From: Promethearchaeota archaeon Loki_b31
GTDB lineage: Archaea; Asgardarchaeota; Lokiarchaeia; Sigyniarchaeales; SOKP01
DNA: 20,989 nt
Reading direction: 5' to 3'
Assembly (NCBI GenBank): GCA_005222975.1
Contig: NJBI01000055.1
Span: 1-20,989, forward strand
In this document: one piece after another, positions 16,988 through 20,989 of the stretch
Layout: each line of letters begins with the position of its first letter
Position numbering within the stretch: position 1 is the first letter of the stretch
Translations under genes and position numbers: made by a program
Notes under the pieces: model-generated
Told to the model about the DNA's origin: nothing
The model's input: only the letters and a program-made list of their open reading frames with translations
The model's database searches: none

Positions 16988-18286
16988 TTAATCCTCCTCA
17001 ATTAATACCTCTGGTCGAGGAATCACTTCAATTGTTATCGATTTGCAATCCGGGTTTATGCCGGACTCTCCTAGGTTTATGTTCAATTCAAGCATTTCAC
17101 TTGGGATGACGTAAATTTTCTTTCTTTTATAGATTATGCTATTATTTTCGTCTTTAAATTGAATAAGAACCCTTCTATCAGGATATTTAACTCTGAATGT
17201 AAAAATTATTTCTTCTGATAAATTTCGTTTGTTGATAATATCTGGTTTAACATAATTTACATTTTCGCCCGGGACACACTTGATTATTTCCTTCTTCTTT
17301 AATTCTTTACCATACCTCGAGTTGATATATTCTATTGCGTTTTTTCCAGCTCGTTTAGCTTCTGCAGTTACCAAATCCACTAAATCATGAACTTGTAATA
17401 CATTTCCACAAGCGAATATACCTTCGATGGTAGTTTCTAAATTCTCATCAACTATAGGGCCTCCGTTTTTGGATAATTCAGCTCCCGCTTGCAGAGTTAA
17501 CTCATTTTCAGGAATTAACCCAACAGATAACAACAAAGTGTCGCATTCAATGAATTTATCTGAACCTATTATTCTATCAAAGTTTCTACCTACTTTTGAA
17601 ATGGTAACTCCTTTTATGCGATCTCTTCCGTGGATTCGGGTTACTGTATAGCTCGTTATGAGGGGGATCCCGTAATCTTCTAAACACTGAACTTGATTTC
17701 GAAGCAATCCACTTACATAAGGCTGAATTTCCACCACAGCCTTAACTGTACAACCTTCCCAAGTCAATCTTCGGGCCATTATCATTCCAATATCTCCGCT
17801 TCCTAATATCACATATGTATTGCCTGGCAAATACCCTTCGATATTAACAAACCTTTGAGCTTGCCCTGCTGTATAAATACCAGTAGGTCGAAACCCAGGA
17901 ATATTAATCGCCCCTCTCGTTTTTTCCCTACAACCCATCGCTAAGATAATTGCTTTTGCTTCAACTTCAATTAACCCTTCCTTTTTGTTCACCGCATATA
18001 ATTTTTTATCTTTAGTAATTTCAATTACCATTGTATCCAACAAATAAGGTATTTTCAAATCAATTACTCTATTAATGAATCTTTGAGCATACTCCGGACC
18101 TGTTAATTCTTCTTCAAATTCTTTTAAACCAAATCCATTATGGATGCATTGCAAGGTTATTCCTCCTAACTCTTTGTCTCTCTCGATAATTAAAACGCCT
18201 AAATCCGCTTGTTTTACTTCTATAGCTGCTGCAAGCCCACCCGCTCCAGCGCCTATAATTACAACATCCGCTTTATATTTTTTCAT
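16988..18286 (-). CDS. FAD/NAD(P)-dependent oxidoreductase (pyridine nucleotide-disulfide family)
   Basis: GAGAGG, LGGITLQCIHNGFG, GSGDIG and GIFACGNVLQVHDLVD motifs; 4-nt overlap with the upstream gene. Confidence 0.9.
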   Translation of the reverse strand: MKKYKADVVIIGAGAGGLAAAIEVKQADLGVLIIERDKELGGITLQCIHNGFGLKEFEEELTGPEYAQRFINRVIDLKIPYLLDTMVIEITKDKKLYAVNKKEGLIEVEAKAIILAMGCREKTRGAINIPGFRPTGIYTAGQAQRFVNIEGYLPGNTYVILGSGDIGMIMARRLTWEGCTVKAVVEIQPYVSGLLRNQVQCLEDYGIPLITSYTVTRIHGRDRIKGVTISKVGRNFDRIIGSDKFIECDTLLLSVGLIPENELTLQAGAELSKNGGPIVDENLETTIEGIFACGNVLQVHDLVDLVTAEAKRAGKNAIEYINSRYGKELKKKEIIKCVPGENVNYVKPDIINKRNLSEEIIFTFRVKYPDRRVLIQFKDENNSIIYKRKKIYVIPSEMLELNINLGESGINPDCKSITIEVIPRPEVLIEED

Positions 18287-19755
18287 TCTTCAACACCCTC
18301 TTTTAGACGAAGAAGCGCAATTTCTTTCGTTTTAGCCACAAGAAAGTTTGTATCTTCTCCCCTTTTCATTACTTCCTCACAGGGAATATTTAATTCTCTA
18401 GAGAGAATCTCAATAACACGAGGGCGACAGAAACCGGCTTGGCAACGTCCCATACCAGGCCTACATCTGAACTTAATGCCGTCCACGGTGGTCGCACCTA
18501 CAGGTGCGTGTATGGCGTTAAGAATTTCTTTTTCTGGAATAGTTTCACACCGACAAATGATTCTTCCCCACGCAGGATCTTCTTTTATTTTTCTGTCTAA
18601 TTCTTCCTTAGTAAAATCTTTAAACCTTTCTGGTTTTGGGCGCGTAGGATTATAATCTTCTTTAATCTTAGTGTTTGCTCCTAATAATTCCAGAAATTCT
18701 ACAACTCTTTCAGCAATAGCATAGCATGATGTTAAACCAGGAGATAAGATGCCAACTACGTTAATAAAACCATATACATCTGTACTATCAATTATGAAAT
18801 CATAGGTACCTGGTACTGCCCTTAAGCCAGCAAAATTTCTAATAGAGGCTCTTACCGGCAAATTAGGAACTAATTTATGTCCCCCTTCTAAAATTTCCTT
18901 TAAACCAGCTTCAGTAGTCGCAATATCTTTTTTATCAGTAATGTTAAGAGCAGTAGGGCCAACAAAAGTATTTCCACTAACAGTTGGGCACACTAAAATT
19001 CCCTTAGATACTTTAGTGGGAGTAGGAAATAAAATCTTATTTAGGTGCATCGCGTTCCTATCAAAAAGGATATATTCTCCTTTTCTAGGCATTAGCTTGA
19101 AATAGTCTAGACCTACCATTTTTGAAATCTTTAAGCCATATAGTCCAGCAGCATTAATTACATTGTTCGATTTGAATTCATCTGTTTTAGTTTTAAGCAC
19201 AAATACATAATTTTGATGATTAATCCGTCTTACTTTTTGGTTCCGGAAGAATTTAACGCCGTTCATAGCGGCATTTTCAGCTAGCGCGTAAGTCATCTCA
19301 TATGGGCTTACGATTCCTGCCGATGGGGCGTGTAATACGCCAACTACTTCATCTGTAAGATTAGGTTCCATGTACTTAATTTTTTCTTTATCTAAAATTA
19401 ATTCTAAGCCTGGAACTCCGTCTTGAGTACCTAGTCTTCTTTGTTCTTCAAGTTTTTTTATCTGACTATCTTCCAAAGCGACAACAAAAGAACCAATTCT
19501 TTGAAAAGGAAAATTAAGCTCTTCTTCAGCTTGAGTATATAATTTATTCCCTAATATACACATATCCCGCTTAACATATTCTCTTGGTGACGCATAACCA
19601 GCGTGTACGACTCCAGAATTAGCTTTGGTAGTGCCTGAAGCTATATCTGCCTCCCTCTCTAATAAAGCAACCTTAAGATCGTACTTTGATAAAGTTCGTG
19701 CGATGCAACAACCAATTACACCGCCCCCAATAATTATAATGTCATATACTGTCAA
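18283..19755 (-). CDS. FAD-dependent oxidoreductase with a C-terminal BFD-like [2Fe-2S] domain (glycerol-3-phosphate dehydrogenase / LhgO-like)
   Basis: GGGVIG, TTKANSGVVHAG, FAGLRA, SPGLT, CRCE...GMGRCQAGFC motifs. Confidence 0.9.
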   Translation of the reverse strand: MTVYDIIIIGGGVIGCCIARTLSKYDLKVALLEREADIASGTTKANSGVVHAGYASPREYVKRDMCILGNKLYTQAEEELNFPFQRIGSFVVALEDSQIKKLEEQRRLGTQDGVPGLELILDKEKIKYMEPNLTDEVVGVLHAPSAGIVSPYEMTYALAENAAMNGVKFFRNQKVRRINHQNYVFVLKTKTDEFKSNNVINAAGLYGLKISKMVGLDYFKLMPRKGEYILFDRNAMHLNKILFPTPTKVSKGILVCPTVSGNTFVGPTALNITDKKDIATTEAGLKEILEGGHKLVPNLPVRASIRNFAGLRAVPGTYDFIIDSTDVYGFINVVGILSPGLTSCYAIAERVVEFLELLGANTKIKEDYNPTRPKPERFKDFTKEELDRKIKEDPAWGRIICRCETIPEKEILNAIHAPVGATTVDGIKFRCRPGMGRCQAGFCRPRVIEILSRELNIPCEEVMKRGEDTNFLVAKTKEIALLRLKEGVEE

Positions 19756-19788
19756 GGGATTTACATCTCGAATTTTAAAGAGTGAATT

Positions 19789-19850
19789 AAATTTATTTGG
19801 AACATTAATTAAAACAAGTTATTTCTTTAAAATTTATTTGGAACATTAAT
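19789..19850. repeat. Perfect 21-bp direct repeat upstream of the oxidoreductase operon (candidate operators)
   Basis: AAATTTATTTGGAACATTAAT at 19789-19809 and 19830-19850, a 41-bp period. Confidence 0.8.
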
Positions 19851-19918
19851 ATTTTTTAATTGATAAGTTTCATTAATAGGAAAAAATTTATTAAGTCCAG
19901 ATTTATTAACTTTCATAA

Positions 19919-20251
19919 TTAGACAAAGAAAAACCACATAACATTAAATATCAATGCTATAATAATCAGAGCTATAGTTACGGGGTTTAATATTGTACTT
20001 CTTAAGGCTTTTGCGTATTTTACTTCTATATCCCCTTTTAACAATGTATTAATTGATTTATATCTCGAATTTATTGCTTCTTTAAGGTGATAAGAACCTA
20101 AAAATTGAGGTTTTGTTAAGCTTTTAAGGTGAGCATTATGATTGCTTGTAGGAAAGAGATTTAATTTATTATTGTTAAGAATATCTTCATAGTCTCTTAT
20201 TACATGGGGTTTGTCTGGCACTTTATTTAGATTATTATTACTTTCGTTCAT
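19919..20251 (-). CDS. Hypothetical tail-anchored membrane protein
   Basis: 110 aa: a hydrophilic N-terminus and one TM helix at the extreme C-terminus. Confidence 0.65.
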   Translation of the reverse strand: MNESNNNLNKVPDKPHVIRDYEDILNNNKLNLFPTSNHNAHLKSLTKPQFLGSYHLKEAINSRYKSINTLLKGDIEVKYAKALRSTILNPVTIALIIIALIFNVMWFFFV

Positions 20252-20351
20252 TTGAGGAATATCTAACCTATTTTATTTTGCTCATGTTTTTAATATCATT
20301 TCGTTCTTAAATTTTTTACGGTTATTTTAAATAACAAACAAAAAACAACTA

Positions 20352-20774
20352 TTACCAAAAGGCGTCTTTCAGTTTTTTGATAGGTTGTTTTTCTAATGAA
20401 TTATCAATATAATCGCCAAAATCAGAAAATAAATTCACATCATTATCCCAATTTACTAATATTTCGCTATAAACTTCAAAAAACACATCAGATATTAGCT
20501 TTAATTCATCAATCACTTTTTTCTCTTTTGTTTTGTTTAAAGAACTCCCAATAAATAGAAAGCTTCTTCGTTTTACAATTACAAAACGAAGATCTGACAT
20601 TTCGAAGTTAGATATCCCTCCGTCAGTAAGTTTTTCAGCAAATGTGTTTAAAGCGCTCATCAAACCACCAAAAAGTTGGGGGTTAATTGTTTGATCAAAA
20701 ACTCTTGAGAATAAAACCACTCCATTTTCGGTAAGAATCCACAAATCTTTTAATATTTTAGGCACGAATACCAC
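20352..20774 (-). CDS. Longin-like domain protein
   Basis: LWILTENGVVLFSR (beta-beta), QLFGGLMSALNTFAEKL (helix), ISNFEM..RFVIV..FLFIG (beta strands) and C-terminal helices. This matches the longin/sigma-adaptin-like topology seen in Asgard archaea. Confidence 0.7.
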   Translation of the reverse strand: MVFVPKILKDLWILTENGVVLFSRVFDQTINPQLFGGLMSALNTFAEKLTDGGISNFEMSDLRFVIVKRRSFLFIGSSLNKTKEKKVIDELKLISDVFFEVYSEILVNWDNDVNLFSDFGDYIDNSLEKQPIKKLKDAFW

Positions 20775-20855
20775 AAGTTTCAGTTAATCTTTTATCCCAC
20801 TTTCATATTAAATATGGTGTTTTTATTATTTAAAAAATCATTTTTAAAAATTTTT

Positions 20856-20962
20856 ATTACTGCATGTAATCAGTAATTAAAAAACGTCACAAAATCTGTA
20901 ATTTATTGCCATTTATTAGGTTATTGACCACAAGTCATCTGTAATTAAAAACGTCAGTAAAT
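20856..20962. repeat. Array of GTAAT-containing direct and inverted repeats in intergenic DNA
   Basis: GTAATTAAAAA(A)CGTCA at about 20873 and 20941; inverted pair ATTACTG (20856-20862) / CAGTAAT (20871-20877); further CTGTAATT copies. Confidence 0.55.
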
Positions 20963-20989
20963 TTTCTCTTTTTTTAATGCTTTTTATCT

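Noticed and set aside
1214-19849. Remaining short ORFs nested in or antisense to longer genes (e.g. 1214, 2887, 3795, 6697, 7271, 9997, 10426, 10683, 11112, 12634, 13541, 14222, 16149, 17427, 18144, 18209, 19625)
   Set aside because: Shadow or alternative-frame ORFs of well-supported genes, with no independent motifs.
19789-19850. CRISPR array interpretation of the 21-bp repeats
   Set aside because: Only two copies, a 20-bp spacer, no cas genes nearby and a promoter-proximal position.

Overview
AT-rich archaeal DNA whose gene content points to an Asgard archaeon, probably Lokiarchaeia (inferred from a two-domain gelsolin, a longin-like protein, a RING protein, a proteasome beta subunit, an EMC3/TMCO1-like protein and a histone). 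The main result is a histone gene that the ORF track misses (minus strand, 1864->1587). It is interrupted by two short inserts of 29 nt (1816-1844) and 30 nt (1631-1660). Both fold into bulge-helix-bulge (BHB) structures, the substrate of the archaeal tRNA-splicing endonuclease: the 30-nt one is canonical and the 29-nt one is relaxed. Cutting after the 2nd nucleotide of each 3-nt bulge restores an intact 72-aa histone. The two inserts also share a hairpin loop motif. This suggests multi-intron mRNA splicing of a chromatin gene in an Asgard archaeon; it is predicted from sequence only. The rest of the window holds a partial type II pantothenate-kinase-like gene, hexulose-phosphate isomerase, LysE, a PLP aminotransferase, GtrA, a radical SAM protein, a dual-specificity phosphatase, a three-gene glycerol-3-phosphate-dehydrogenase-like operon with tandem upstream repeats, and several hypothetical genes.
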